A DNA stretch of 64,000 nt, from the NCBI GenBank assembly GCA_913041535.1, contig CAJWJK010000001.1, positions 267,557 through 331,556 on the forward strand, read 5' to 3'. Shown piece after piece: positions 48,196 through 58,508 of this stretch; within the stretch, counting starts at the first letter, position 1; each line of letters begins with the position of its first letter. The notes beneath the pieces are model-generated. The model saw nothing but the letters and a program-made list of their open reading frames with translations. It made no database searches and was not told the DNA's origin. Both the position numbers and the translations under genes were made by a program. The stretch is from an uncultured Alphaproteobacteria bacterium (lineage in GTDB: Bacteria; Pseudomonadota; Alphaproteobacteria; VGEJ01).

Positions 48196-49860
48196 ATGGC
48201 TGAAATATCGGGTGGTCGTTTAGTGGCTAAGGCCCTAAAATCCGAAGGCGTCGAGGTAATCTTTACTCTATGCGGTGGCCATATTATTGATATCTATGAC
48301 GGCTGCATCGACGAGGGGATCAAGATTGTTGATGTTCGGCATGAGCAGGTGGCGGCACATGCCGCCGATGGTTATGCTCGTGTTACCGGCTCACCAGGAT
48401 GTGCTGTAGTGACTGCTGGTCCAGGCACTACCGATGCAATAACCGGTGTTGCCAACGCATATCGAGCAGAAAGTCCAATGCTGCTTATTGGTGGGCAAGG
48501 GGCGCTAAGTCAGCATCAAATGGGATCTCTGCAAGACCTTCCACATGTCGACATTATGCGGCCTATTACCAAGTTTGCTTCAACAGTACCTAGCACCGAA
48601 CGGGTTGCTGATATGGTGAGCATGGCTTTTCGTGAGTGTTTTAATGGTGCCCCAGGACCAAGCTTTCTGGAAATTCCCCGCGATATCCTTGATGCCAAGG
48701 TTGATGAGTCGAAAGCCCGTATCCCAAAAGCAGGAGGATATCGCGCCTCCACTAGGCTTCAGGCCGATCCAGGCGATATAGATAAATTAGCGGAGCTTTT
48801 GGTACGTTCAAGTAAGCCATGCATTCTACTGGGCACGCAAACATGGACTTGTCGTGCCGCTTCAGCAGCTCGGATATTTGCTGAGTCGTTGGGACTTCCC
48901 GTCTTTATGAATGGTGCTGGTCGGGGCACATTTCCCTCCGATCACCCGAACGCCTATCAGCTTGCTCGCAGGTACGCATTTAATAATGCCGACCTAATTG
49001 TCATAGTTGGTACGCCTTTTGATTTTCGTATGGGCTATGGGCGACGGTTGCGCGATGAGGCAACAGTGGTGCAGATAGACCTAGACTATCGAACCGTTGG
49101 GAAGAATAGAGATATTGATCTAGGGTTGGTGGGCGACGTGGGCGTTATAATGTCGTCTGTATCGCAAAGCGCGAGCGCAGGAAATACGGGTGCTAACCAA
49201 AGGAAATCATGGTTGAAAGAACTTCGTGATGAAGAAGACCGACTGTATGCCGAGCGACTCCCTAAAATCCAGTCTGATGCGCAACCGATACATCCGTTGA
49301 GATTATGTTATGAGATCAATGAGTTTCTCAACGAGGATTCAGTTTATATTGGAGATGGCGGAGACATAGTTACTTTTTCGGGTGGAGTAGTTAAGCCGCA
49401 TCAACCAGGACACTGGATGGACCCAGGCCCTCTTGGCACGTTAGGCGTCGGAATACCGTTTGCAATGGCTTCCAAGCTGATGCAGCCAGAGAAAGAGGTG
49501 GTGACGCTTTTTGGAGACGGGGCCTTCAGCTTAACAGGGTGGGACTTTGATACGATGGTCCGCTTTAACCTCCCATTTGTTGGCGTTATTGGCAATAATT
49601 CGGCGTGGAACCAGATAAGATTTGGTCAGATCGCAAAGTATGGTGATAACAGAGGTGACGTTGCCAACGTTCTAAGTGATATCGGTTTTGATCGTTTTGC
49701 CCAGATGTTAGGCGGGTATGGAGAGGAAGTAAGGGAAGCTGCCGATATTCGGCCTGCACTTCAGCGGGCTCGAGAATCAGGTAAACCCTCCCTTATAAAC
49801 GTGTGGATAGACCCTAATGCATATAGTCCCGGCACAATGAACCAAACGATGTATAAATAG
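48196..49860 (+). CDS. ThDP-dependent enzyme, oxalyl-CoA decarboxylase / 2-hydroxyacyl-CoA lyase-like
   Basis: RHEQ, TAGPG, DPGPLGTLGVG and GDGAF...NNSAW; directly upstream of frc. Confidence 0.8.
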   Translation: MAEISGGRLVAKALKSEGVEVIFTLCGGHIIDIYDGCIDEGIKIVDVRHEQVAAHAADGYARVTGSPGCAVVTAGPGTTDAITGVANAYRAESPMLLIGGQGALSQHQMGSLQDLPHVDIMRPITKFASTVPSTERVADMVSMAFRECFNGAPGPSFLEIPRDILDAKVDESKARIPKAGGYRASTRLQADPGDIDKLAELLVRSSKPCILLGTQTWTCRAASAARIFAESLGLPVFMNGAGRGTFPSDHPNAYQLARRYAFNNADLIVIVGTPFDFRMGYGRRLRDEATVVQIDLDYRTVGKNRDIDLGLVGDVGVIMSSVSQSASAGNTGANQRKSWLKELRDEEDRLYAERLPKIQSDAQPIHPLRLCYEINEFLNEDSVYIGDGGDIVTFSGGVVKPHQPGHWMDPGPLGTLGVGIPFAMASKLMQPEKEVVTLFGDGAFSLTGWDFDTMVRFNLPFVGVIGNNSAWNQIRFGQIAKYGDNRGDVANVLSDIGFDRFAQMLGGYGEEVREAADIRPALQRARESGKPSLINVWIDPNAYSPGTMNQTMYK

Positions 49861-49889
49861 GTCCTTTTTCTGATTAGTGGAGACCAGTA

Positions 49890-51122
49890 ATGAGCAAGGC
49901 GTTAAGTGGGGTGCGGATTCTCGATATGACTCACGTACAGTCAGGTCCGTCGTGTACACAGGTTTTGGCCTGGCTTGGCGCTGATGTCATCAAAGTTGAG
50001 CTTCCCGGCCGCGGAGACATTACCCGCAGCCAGCTTAGGGATTTACCTGATGTAGATAGCCTTTATTTTACCATGTTAAATTGTAATAAGCGCAGTGTTA
50101 CGGTGAACACTAAGACTGATGGAGGTAAAGAGGTGTTCTCGTCACTGATCAAGCACTGTGATGTGTTGGTTGAGAATTTTGCTCCTGGTGCTTTGGATCG
50201 TCAGGGATTTGATTGGGATACCATCCACTCTATTAATCCACGTATTATTTACGCTTCCATTAAAGGCTTTGGGCCGGGTCCATATTTTGACTTCAAGGCT
50301 TATGAAACGGTTGCTCAAGCAATGGGTGGCGCAATGAGTACTACCGGATTTGAAGATGGGCCACCCACCTCAACTGGAGCTCAAATTGGTGATTCGGGAA
50401 CTGGCATTCATCTGGTGGCGGCTATTCTTGCTGCGTTGTTTCAGCGCACTAATACCGGTCGGGGGCAGAGGGTCGAAGTGGCTATGCAGGATGCAGTATT
50501 AAACCTGTGTAGAGTCAAGATGCGCGATCAGCAACGCCTTAGCCACGGCGCACTTGACGAATACCCTAATAATGAGTTTGGAGACACAGTGCCGCGCTCG
50601 GGTAATGCCTCCGGCGGTGGGCAGCCCGGTTGGGCCCTTCGTTGTAGTCCTGGTGGGCCCAATGATTACATATATTGTATTATTCAACCGCAGGGCTGGA
50701 AACCATGGATGGAGCTCATTGGTCGTGAGGATTTAATTGAAGATCAAGGCTATGCTACGCCAAAGGCCCGTCTGGATAAACTTACTGAAATTTTTTCCAT
50801 GCTTGAGGAGTGGACACTCAAACATACTAAAGCCGAAGTAATGTCCATGCTCAATAAGCATGATATACCCTGTGGACCAATCCTAGATATGAAGGAATTG
50901 ATTGAGGACGAAGCTTTGAATGGACGGGAGGTAGTGGTAGAGGTGCCGCATCCCCAGCGTGGATCATTTATTACGGTGGGCTGTCCGCTTCGGCTTTCGG
51001 ATTCTCCTGTTGATGTTAAGAGTTCGCCGTTATTGGGAGAACACACTCAGGAGGTTCTCGCTGAGGTAATGGGCCTTGATGATAAAGCCGTACAGAAATT
51101 GCGTGATGATGGAGCAGTATAA
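49890..51122 (+). CDS. frc: Formyl-CoA transferase (class III CoA-transferase)
   Basis: [27 protein letters not shown], catalytic GDSGTG and the tetraglycine-like loop [11 protein letters not shown]. Confidence 0.92.
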   Translation: MSKALSGVRILDMTHVQSGPSCTQVLAWLGADVIKVELPGRGDITRSQLRDLPDVDSLYFTMLNCNKRSVTVNTKTDGGKEVFSSLIKHCDVLVENFAPGALDRQGFDWDTIHSINPRIIYASIKGFGPGPYFDFKAYETVAQAMGGAMSTTGFEDGPPTSTGAQIGDSGTGIHLVAAILAALFQRTNTGRGQRVEVAMQDAVLNLCRVKMRDQQRLSHGALDEYPNNEFGDTVPRSGNASGGGQPGWALRCSPGGPNDYIYCIIQPQGWKPWMELIGREDLIEDQGYATPKARLDKLTEIFSMLEEWTLKHTKAEVMSMLNKHDIPCGPILDMKELIEDEALNGREVVVEVPHPQRGSFITVGCPLRLSDSPVDVKSSPLLGEHTQEVLAEVMGLDDKAVQKLRDDGAV

Positions 51123-51245
51123 GTTTATGCAAGCGTCAATTATCTGATTACTCTAGGGTGTATAAGGCTATGGTTAAGCGTCACTCTGGCTTTGTTACCG
51201 TATATTGCGGTTAGGTTATTTGGTGCTTACTGGAGCTTTGTGGGC

Positions 51246-51782
51246 ATGTCAGATAGTGGAGAACATGTTCTCGTGGATTGGCCGATTGCTGTATATGAGG
51301 AGCTAACTTCTCTAGAGGTATCTCAGGTCTCTTTTGTACCAGATGCAGGACTGACACAACTGATTAACCTCTGTAATGCTGATCCTGCTATTCATACTAT
51401 ACCGCTAACTTCGGAGGAGGAAGGGATTGCTCTTTCTGCTGGCGCCTGGCTTGGAGGTGTGCGGTCTGCGGTCCTTATGCAAAGCAGTGGCGTTGGGAAC
51501 ATAGTAAATATGCTATCACTTTCCCGGACTTGTCGCTTTCCTTTATTCATTTTGGTGACCATGCGTGGGGAGAGTGGGGAAGTTAATGAATGGCAGGTGC
51601 CAATGGGAAAAGGAGCTCCAACGATTCTTGACGTTTCGGGGGTTAACGTGAGGCGTGCCGAAAAGGAAGATCAGGTTGCGAGGTTAGTCGGGCAGGCAGC
51701 CCGTACCGCATTTACCTGCGGAAAGCGTGAGGCAGTTCTCATTTCTCAATCTGTTATTGGTGTAAAGAGCTTTAACAAATAA
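51246..51782 (+). CDS. Sulfopyruvate/phosphonopyruvate decarboxylase alpha-subunit-like (ThDP PYR domain)
   Basis: VPDAG, EEEGIAL.AGAWLGG, MQSSGVGN, MRGE.GE and WQVPMG. Confidence 0.8.
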   Translation: MSDSGEHVLVDWPIAVYEELTSLEVSQVSFVPDAGLTQLINLCNADPAIHTIPLTSEEEGIALSAGAWLGGVRSAVLMQSSGVGNIVNMLSLSRTCRFPLFILVTMRGESGEVNEWQVPMGKGAPTILDVSGVNVRRAEKEDQVARLVGQAARTAFTCGKREAVLISQSVIGVKSFNK

Positions 51783-52360
51783 TGGAACCTGTACTTAATA
51801 GACGAGATGTTGTTGCTGAACTTCTCAGTAACCGTGGCGAGGCTGCAGCTATAGTGGGTCTAGGTGCTTGCGTATGGGATGCTGCCGCTTCAGGGGATCA
51901 TCCGTTAAATTTTGGTCTTTGGGGTGCTATGGGTGGCGCTGTCCCTATGGGGCTAGGATTAGCGCTGGCCCAACCTCGTCGTCGCATTTATGTGATTACA
52001 GGTGATGGTGAAATGTTAATGGGGCTTGGGTCATTAGCTACCGTTATTGTCAAGCGGCCGCACAACCTGGCTATCGCTGTAATCGATAATGAAAAGTACG
52101 GTGAGACTGGAATGCAGCGAACTCATACAGCGTATGGCGTTGATCTGTCATCCGTAGCGCTAGGTATGGGTTTTTCTGTAGCTCGTCAGGTAAATCATAG
52201 CGAGGAACTGAGGGCGTCTTTGAAAACGTGGCAGGAGTCGTCAGGCCCAGTATTCTTAAACATTAAAGTAAAAGCAGACCCTTTGCCGTTAGTGTTGCCA
52301 CCACGAAATGGAGTGTATTTGAGAGACCGTTTCGTGAAAGCATTGAAGTCGAACGATTAG
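51782..52360 (+). CDS. Sulfopyruvate/phosphonopyruvate decarboxylase beta-subunit-like (ThDP PP domain)
   Basis: GAMG.A..MGLGLALA and GDGEMLMGLG...DNEKYGETG.Q; TAATG coupling to the alpha subunit. Confidence 0.8.
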   Translation: MEPVLNRRDVVAELLSNRGEAAAIVGLGACVWDAAASGDHPLNFGLWGAMGGAVPMGLGLALAQPRRRIYVITGDGEMLMGLGSLATVIVKRPHNLAIAVIDNEKYGETGMQRTHTAYGVDLSSVALGMGFSVARQVNHSEELRASLKTWQESSGPVFLNIKVKADPLPLVLPPRNGVYLRDRFVKALKSND

Positions 52361-52367
52361 CTTAACT

Positions 52368-53282
52368 TTATTTACGGTTAATCTTACGAATATGGGCTCC
52401 AACCTCTGCTGCTAGCACCTGAGAGAGTTGCGGCATGTGGCATTCGCCATAGCCACGAGTTTTAGCGAGGTCAAAGATTCTTATGGCCGTTTTGGCCATA
52501 GACGTGGGGGCACCTTTCTTCTCAGCGGTGCGAATAAACATATCGAGATCCTTGATTCCAATTGAAAGAGCGGCTTGGTGCAAGCTTGCGTTACCTTCTA
52601 ATGCCCAAGGAAGCATGACGCGAAAACTACGACTGTCGCCACCCCCAACTGATACGACATCATAAAAAGTTTGAAGGTCAATGCCGCACTTTGCGGCCGC
52701 CGCCGTCGCTTCGGCAACAAGTGCTGTGCCGCACATTGAGAGGAGGTTATTGAAGAGCTTTAGTTGGTGACCTGCCCCGATTGGGCCAACATGAAATATA
52801 TTTTCGCAAAAAGTAGATAAGATTGGCTGCAGTTGATTAAAGTGGTTGCGGTCTCCGCCTACCATGCAATTCAATCTGCCTTCTTCAGCCTCTTTTGGGG
52901 TTCGGCTAAATGGTGCATCAAGCATAACCGATCCACGTGCAGCTAAGTCTTTAGCCATATCAATTGTTGCTGCGGGTTCAGAAGTTGTGCAATCAACAAA
53001 AGTTAGTCCTGGCCTTGCCGCTTCGATCAAGCCTTTCGGTCCGTATACCACTTGTTTAACTACTGATGTTGAGGGCAGGCAGGAAAAAACCGTATCGCAC
53101 TTTTGGGCAATATCTTTTGGGTCGTTTGCTTCTCTGGCACCGTGTGCACACAGATCGTTGATGGGGCCACGGTTCTTATTGCCTAAAATATAGACCTCGT
53201 AACCAGAATTGACGAGATTTTTGGCCGCCCCATGGCCCATCAGTCCCACTCCAATCCAGCCGATTCTAATTTTGTTGACCAT
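52368..53282 (-). CDS. Beta-hydroxyacid dehydrogenase (3-hydroxyisobutyrate / tartronate semialdehyde reductase family)
   Basis: GWIGVGLMG, DCTTS, LDAP and G.G..LKLFNN with the catalytic Lys. Confidence 0.88.
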   Translation of the reverse strand: MVNKIRIGWIGVGLMGHGAAKNLVNSGYEVYILGNKNRGPINDLCAHGAREANDPKDIAQKCDTVFSCLPSTSVVKQVVYGPKGLIEAARPGLTFVDCTTSEPAATIDMAKDLAARGSVMLDAPFSRTPKEAEEGRLNCMVGGDRNHFNQLQPILSTFCENIFHVGPIGAGHQLKLFNNLLSMCGTALVAEATAAAAKCGIDLQTFYDVVSVGGGDSRSFRVMLPWALEGNASLHQAALSIGIKDLDMFIRTAEKKGAPTSMAKTAIRIFDLAKTRGYGECHMPQLSQVLAAEVGAHIRKINRK

Positions 53283-53394
53283 ACAGAAAGCACTCCGTTT
53301 CGAAATAGCTAGGATGATCAGGCGCGCCGTGGTTTCTGTGGTTTATATGGCGCACCCTCGTCGTTGGTAAAGTCGGTAACAGAAATAAGATTTG

Positions 53395-55173
53395 TTAGGG
53401 CTGTTGTCTCAACCACCGTGTTTTCTTCTCATTTATGGTGTACTCTACTCCATTACTGGCAAGGATTACGATAACACGATATATCTCTTCGGCCATTTTT
53501 GGGCTTAGCCAGCCTCGATTGACACTAGCCAAAACCGCGTCAGGGTTCCGCAGTAGTGGATTTCCATAACCACCTCCACCACAGCTTCGGAATACGAGAG
53601 CTTCCGTTTCTAGGCACGAAACACCATGAAAGGATGGAAGTTTGATGTGGTTCCCATTACTGCTACGTTTCCAGTTACAGGATGGCGCTGCATTATTGCC
53701 GCCGAGGACCCCGCGGGGCGCATTGGTATCTCCGTCACTGCCATAAATTGCAATAAGTTCTCCACAATGAGCGCGGTACGCTCCAGTCATTCCAGGAGCG
53801 CCGTCCCATTCCCCATGTCCAATTGAGTCGCAAGCAGCCTTCCGACTTTCTACCAGGATCGGATACATCGCCTCGTTAATTTCAATGGAATCGAGGGCCA
53901 TTTGACCACCGTCGCATGCAGCACCAGTTGTTAGCCACCCGTCGACTCCGTGGCTTGCTGGACCTCCGGAATACCCAAGGAATACCTGGTTTACATAGGG
54001 GTGGCCATCGTGTTGGTTGCCGGATATTACTGCTTCACCAAGGCACATAGAATAACCAAATTCGGCCCGTCCGTGAGGGGTTCCCATTTCCGCGAAACAA
54101 CTTGAGACCGCAGTAATAAGACGAGAGTTGACATTAGTGGTCGCCACCGATGTGCCTGCTGGATAAACAGGGCGTCCGACAACACAGCCATCGCGTAATT
54201 GAGTACGTATGCAGCTTGCACTGCCCTGGTTATGGGGAATGGTAGAATCCAAATTATAGAAGACACCAATCCTGCACGCAGCAATTGCACAGGCTTCGGA
54301 AAGGTTCAGTCCTCCCTTGACGCAATCTCCATTGTCACGCGCGTCAACCGTAATCTCTCCAGCATCTGGGTCAACGCTAACGCTAACGTGTACCGGAATT
54401 CCTTGTTCTGCCACATTTGGGACCTGGTCGTGGATTGTTTGGTATGTCCACGTACCAGCAGGAAGGCGTGCGATTTCGGCTTTAGTTCGTTTTATCCCAT
54501 AGTCCATCCATGATTCAATGAAGTTATGCACGGTTTCTCTTCCGTACTGAGTTACCATTTTACATAGACGTTTTTCCGCAAGTCGGCATGCGGCTACTTG
54601 TGCTAAATAGTCCCCGTACCAAAGATGGCTAGAGCGAATTTTCATTTGGCAAATACGGACAATATCGCGTAGGTCAGTGTAATTTCTTTGAATCCGAACA
54701 CATGGGAAGTGCAGGCCTTCCTCATAGATGGTTGCTGCTTCCGTAAGGTAAGTGGTCGGTATTGGAGCACCTATGTCGGCATGGTGCGCTCTGCAAAGGG
54801 TCCAGAACAAGGGTTCGCCATCAACAAAAACTGGCACACAAATCGTCATGTCTGCGTGATGGGTGCCTCCAGTGTATGGGCAGTTGTTTAGAAATGCATC
54901 TCCTGGTTCAACGTCATCGAAAAACTTGTCGATAGGCTGTGTTGTATATTCCAGTGCTGCAACATGAATGGGTAAAGATTCTTCCGCGCCAAGTAAACGA
55001 TGATCGTAGGTAAGTAACCCACACGAAAAATCTCGAGAGTTCTTTATGACAGCAGAACGCGACGTTTTGACTACCGTATTGGTCATTTCGCGAATCACTG
55101 CTAATAGGCGGTTCGAGAGAATGGATAATAGGAAGGGGTCAATGGTCGGAAGGTCTGTTATGCGTTTGTCCAT
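53395..55173 (-). CDS. Hydantoinase B / oxoprolinase family protein
   Basis: SRDFSCG, PGDAFLNNCPYTGGTHHAD, AHHADIG, IYEEGL and GGGGYGNP..R. Confidence 0.9.
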   Translation of the reverse strand: MDKRITDLPTIDPFLLSILSNRLLAVIREMTNTVVKTSRSAVIKNSRDFSCGLLTYDHRLLGAEESLPIHVAALEYTTQPIDKFFDDVEPGDAFLNNCPYTGGTHHADMTICVPVFVDGEPLFWTLCRAHHADIGAPIPTTYLTEAATIYEEGLHFPCVRIQRNYTDLRDIVRICQMKIRSSHLWYGDYLAQVAACRLAEKRLCKMVTQYGRETVHNFIESWMDYGIKRTKAEIARLPAGTWTYQTIHDQVPNVAEQGIPVHVSVSVDPDAGEITVDARDNGDCVKGGLNLSEACAIAACRIGVFYNLDSTIPHNQGSASCIRTQLRDGCVVGRPVYPAGTSVATTNVNSRLITAVSSCFAEMGTPHGRAEFGYSMCLGEAVISGNQHDGHPYVNQVFLGYSGGPASHGVDGWLTTGAACDGGQMALDSIEINEAMYPILVESRKAACDSIGHGEWDGAPGMTGAYRAHCGELIAIYGSDGDTNAPRGVLGGNNAAPSCNWKRSSNGNHIKLPSFHGVSCLETEALVFRSCGGGGYGNPLLRNPDAVLASVNRGWLSPKMAEEIYRVIVILASNGVEYTINEKKTRWLRQQP

Positions 55174-55178
55174 AATGA

Positions 55179-55847
55179 TTAGTAGCTTTGGTCCAGCCCC
55201 ATCTGCCAGAATTGTGCCTCAAGTTTCGTAGCTTGTCGAAAGATCTCAACTAATGCTGGGAGGCGTTCCTTTCCACCACGTTTCGCAGAAAGAGAGTCTA
55301 ACTGAGAGCAAGCTGTGGCAGCCAGTTTCTGATAGTTCAAGCCACCGTATTCTTCGATCCAGTGGCGAAAAGGATTGAGGGAAAGGTCAGTTGTTGGCTT
55401 ATTAATTAGTTTGTCTCCAATTACTCCGTATCCAATGACACAAGGTGCTAATGCAACGTGAAGGTCCAGCAGGTCGCCTGACATGCCAATTTCGAGAAAG
55501 AAACGCGTGTAAGCAACAGTTGCAGTGGCTTCTTGTGTTTCTTCGAGCACCTCCGAACTGATTCCCCAGTCATCACAGAATCGTAAGTGCAGATTCATTT
55601 CCTTGTCTAGAATGTTAGTCACGAGGTGCGACGCTTGCCTCATTTCAGAAAGCTCGTCCGATTTGTATACGCATATCGCATATGCCCGAGCCAATTGTAT
55701 GAGAAATAGGTAGTCCTGCATGAGGTAGTGTTGAAAGGAGCTTTCTGAAAGGGTTCCACGGTCAAGTGCACGAACAAATTCGTGCTGGGTATATGCATGC
55801 CATTCTTTACGGCACGAGTTTTGAAGACGCTTAAACAACGTAGTCAT
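55179..55847 (-). CDS. tenA: TenA (thiaminase II / aminopyrimidine aminohydrolase), Cys-containing class
   Basis: HEFV..L..GTL, YLMQDYLFL, YTRF, LAPCVIGY, WIEEY and LEAQFW. Confidence 0.9.
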   Translation of the reverse strand: MTTLFKRLQNSCRKEWHAYTQHEFVRALDRGTLSESSFQHYLMQDYLFLIQLARAYAICVYKSDELSEMRQASHLVTNILDKEMNLHLRFCDDWGISSEVLEETQEATATVAYTRFFLEIGMSGDLLDLHVALAPCVIGYGVIGDKLINKPTTDLSLNPFRHWIEEYGGLNYQKLAATACSQLDSLSAKRGGKERLPALVEIFRQATKLEAQFWQMGLDQSY

Positions 55848-56185
55848 GGGATCGTCATAATAGATTGTGAGATTAATATACGGCAATAACGTCGTAGACA
55901 ATTGTTTGGCTGAAAGCTTACTGCAATTATAGTCCTAATATTAATATTTTATTAAATGTTTAGGGTTTCAGGATGAGTTGGGGGATCTAGGCACTTAAGT
56001 CTATGTTGGACATCTCCAGTTAATTTAGCACTGGTTTTCAGCTGTTAGGCGGAATTAAACAAGGACCTAAAGACAATTTGACAGCTAACGAAGGGAAAAT
56101 GACGGGAAAGAGGGCATAATAGTCTAGAGTGACATCAGAGCGTGTAGAAGTCTCATGCCAGGCGATACAATGCATTGAAACTATC

Positions 56186-58432
56186 ATGAAAATTCTTGGA
56201 TACAGTGATAAGGTAAGTGTTTTTAAAGGAGGGACGATTCGCTTCCATGTGAGTTGTGATGGGCCTAAACGGTTCCGTTCCGACATTGTTCGGATTATCT
56301 GTGGCGATGAGAATCCTAAGGGGCCTGGTTATAAGGAAGAATTGATCTCCAGCGAGGCCAATGGTTTTTACCCGGCTAAAAAGCAGGACACGCATGCTGG
56401 TTCATACGGAATAATTCGTTCTGTTGCTTCGGTTGTCAGCCTTTCCAGCTTTACGGTTCAGGCAATGATCTGGCCCACTACGCCGCAAAAGGGAAAGCAA
56501 GTCATTTTGGGGCTGGGAACGAGGGGTGAACAGCATAGTTTCCAACTGATGATTGATGATGTTGGTGGTCTTGCACTGTCTGTAGCCGACCAATCAGGGT
56601 TGCCAGAAGTGGTAAGCACAGGCGTGCCACTAGACGCTCGGGAATGGTATTTCGTATCTGGAAGCTATGATGCATCTGCGGGGCGATTAAGAGTGATGCA
56701 GGAGTCTTTGGGTCGCCATGCTTTTGAGGAAAGCACAGTGAGAGCCGAGCGTGGGATGAATTCATCAGTAGGAAGATTCGGCAATGCTCCGCTCATTCTT
56801 GCGGCGTGTATCATTGATGATAAAGGGCGCAGGTTGGTTACTGACAGCCATTATAATGGAAAGATAGACGGCCCTCATCTCGTTAAAGGTGCTCTTGATT
56901 TTCACGAGATGAGGGAAATTTGGAATGCGCGGCCTTCTTTTGGCACAAATGCCCCAACGGTTGGGGCATGGGACTTCTCTCTGGATATTGAGAGCCAGAA
57001 GCTCACGGACATTTCAAGAAATCAGCTTCATGGAGAAACTGTCAATCTGCCAACGCGTGCTATGACGGGGCACAACTGGAAACGGAGAAACATGTGTTGG
57101 ACCCAAGTTCCAGCGGAATATGGTGCGATACATTTTCATGACGATGATCTGTACGACGCCGACTGGGAGACAGCTTTTAAACTTACTATACCGGAAACCA
57201 TGAAGAGCGGTTGCTATGCAGCACGTTTACGTGCAGACGGGGATGAGGACTATGTGCCGTTCTACGTACGTCCTTCACCTGGCTGTCCGACATCTAAAAT
57301 TGCCTACCTGGCTTCCACAGCATCGTACATGGCTTACGGTAATTACCTTTTTGTATTTGATTTTCCAACAGTGGAGTTGTTAACCAATCGAGTCTTAACC
57401 ATTTATCCATGGGAGCAATATCTTAAGGGTCATCCTGAGTTAGCTGGTTCCATGTATGAGTGTCATTCGGACGGAAGCGGCATCTGCTATTCGTCAAGAC
57501 TGCGCCCATTAATCAATCAAAGACCTAAGGCCAAGCTTTCCCTTGCAGCATCAGGATCAGAGTTGTGGGGCTATAATGCTGACACTCACCTCACGGATTG
57601 GTTAGAGGCTGGAGGATTTGATTTTGACGTTATTACTGACGAGGATTTGGAATCAGAAGGAGTAAAACTTTTGGATCCTTATCGTGTAGTGTTGACCGGT
57701 ACGCACCCAGAGTATTCGACGGTTGCAATGTGGGATGCAATTAAAGAATACACCAAGAGTGGTGGACGGCTAATGTATATGGGTGGGAATGGATTTTATT
57801 GGCATATAGCATATCACCGAAAGCTGCCTGGTGTGATTGAGGTGCGACGAACCGACGGTTCAACACGGGCCTGGAGTGCTGATCCAGGAGAGAGTTACCA
57901 TAGTTTTACCGGCCAATATGGCGGACTGCTTCGTCAGCAAGGGCGAACTCCGAACATGTTAACGGGGGCTGGATTCACGGCACAGGGATTTGATTTTTCT
58001 GTTGGTTTTAGACGAACCCAGGAAAGCCTTGATCCAAGGGTATCGTGGGCCTTCGAGGGGATTGATTTTGACGAAGTTATAGGTGACTTTGGCTTGATTG
58101 GTTCAGGTGCGGCAGGTTTAGAGGTTGATTGTGCTGAGAGGTCTTTGGGGACACCAAAGCACGCGTTGGTAGTTGCTCGGGCCGATAGTCTCAGTGATAC
58201 CTTTATGCTCGTTCCAGAGCAGAGTTTGGTGCCAATGCCTAATCAAATGGGTACTATGCACAGTCAAATCCGTGCGGATCTTGTGTTTCATGAAACTGAT
58301 AATGGTGGGGCTGTTTTTGCGTTCAGCTCTATTGCCTGGTCTGGCAGTCTGGCACATAACAATTATAGGAATAATGTATCACGTCTTACGGAGAACGTTC
58401 TCCGCCGATTCGTTTCCAAGGCCTCCTTTTGA
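56186..58432 (+). CDS. N,N-dimethylformamidase large (beta) subunit family protein
   Basis: KILGYSDK, LamG-like insert, NLPTRAMTGHNW, YGAIHFHDDDLYD, SYMAYGN, Y..HSDGSG, GTHPEY, MGGNGFYW and GGAVF..SIAW.GSL. ATG 56186. Confidence 0.88.
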   Translation: MKILGYSDKVSVFKGGTIRFHVSCDGPKRFRSDIVRIICGDENPKGPGYKEELISSEANGFYPAKKQDTHAGSYGIIRSVASVVSLSSFTVQAMIWPTTPQKGKQVILGLGTRGEQHSFQLMIDDVGGLALSVADQSGLPEVVSTGVPLDAREWYFVSGSYDASAGRLRVMQESLGRHAFEESTVRAERGMNSSVGRFGNAPLILAACIIDDKGRRLVTDSHYNGKIDGPHLVKGALDFHEMREIWNARPSFGTNAPTVGAWDFSLDIESQKLTDISRNQLHGETVNLPTRAMTGHNWKRRNMCWTQVPAEYGAIHFHDDDLYDADWETAFKLTIPETMKSGCYAARLRADGDEDYVPFYVRPSPGCPTSKIAYLASTASYMAYGNYLFVFDFPTVELLTNRVLTIYPWEQYLKGHPELAGSMYECHSDGSGICYSSRLRPLINQRPKAKLSLAASGSELWGYNADTHLTDWLEAGGFDFDVITDEDLESEGVKLLDPYRVVLTGTHPEYSTVAMWDAIKEYTKSGGRLMYMGGNGFYWHIAYHRKLPGVIEVRRTDGSTRAWSADPGESYHSFTGQYGGLLRQQGRTPNMLTGAGFTAQGFDFSVGFRRTQESLDPRVSWAFEGIDFDEVIGDFGLIGSGAAGLEVDCAERSLGTPKHALVVARADSLSDTFMLVPEQSLVPMPNQMGTMHSQIRADLVFHETDNGGAVFAFSSIAWSGSLAHNNYRNNVSRLTENVLRRFVSKASF

Positions 58433-58508
58433 TTATTCTATATACTCGACACGAGTGCCTGGCTATTGAATAATCATAATCAAAACTCGTTAGTATAGGA
58501 TTGAATCA

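Noticed and set aside
55941-55955. TTAA-N7-TTAA CtrA-like box between tenA and the DMFase gene
   Set aside because: Lies in a nearly pure A/T tract, so chance is likely, and the flanking genes are not cell-cycle genes.
55848-56185. TPP riboswitch upstream of tenA, or a dmfA1 small-subunit gene
   Set aside because: No CTGAGA/ACCTGA/AGGGA core and no suitable plus-strand ORF.
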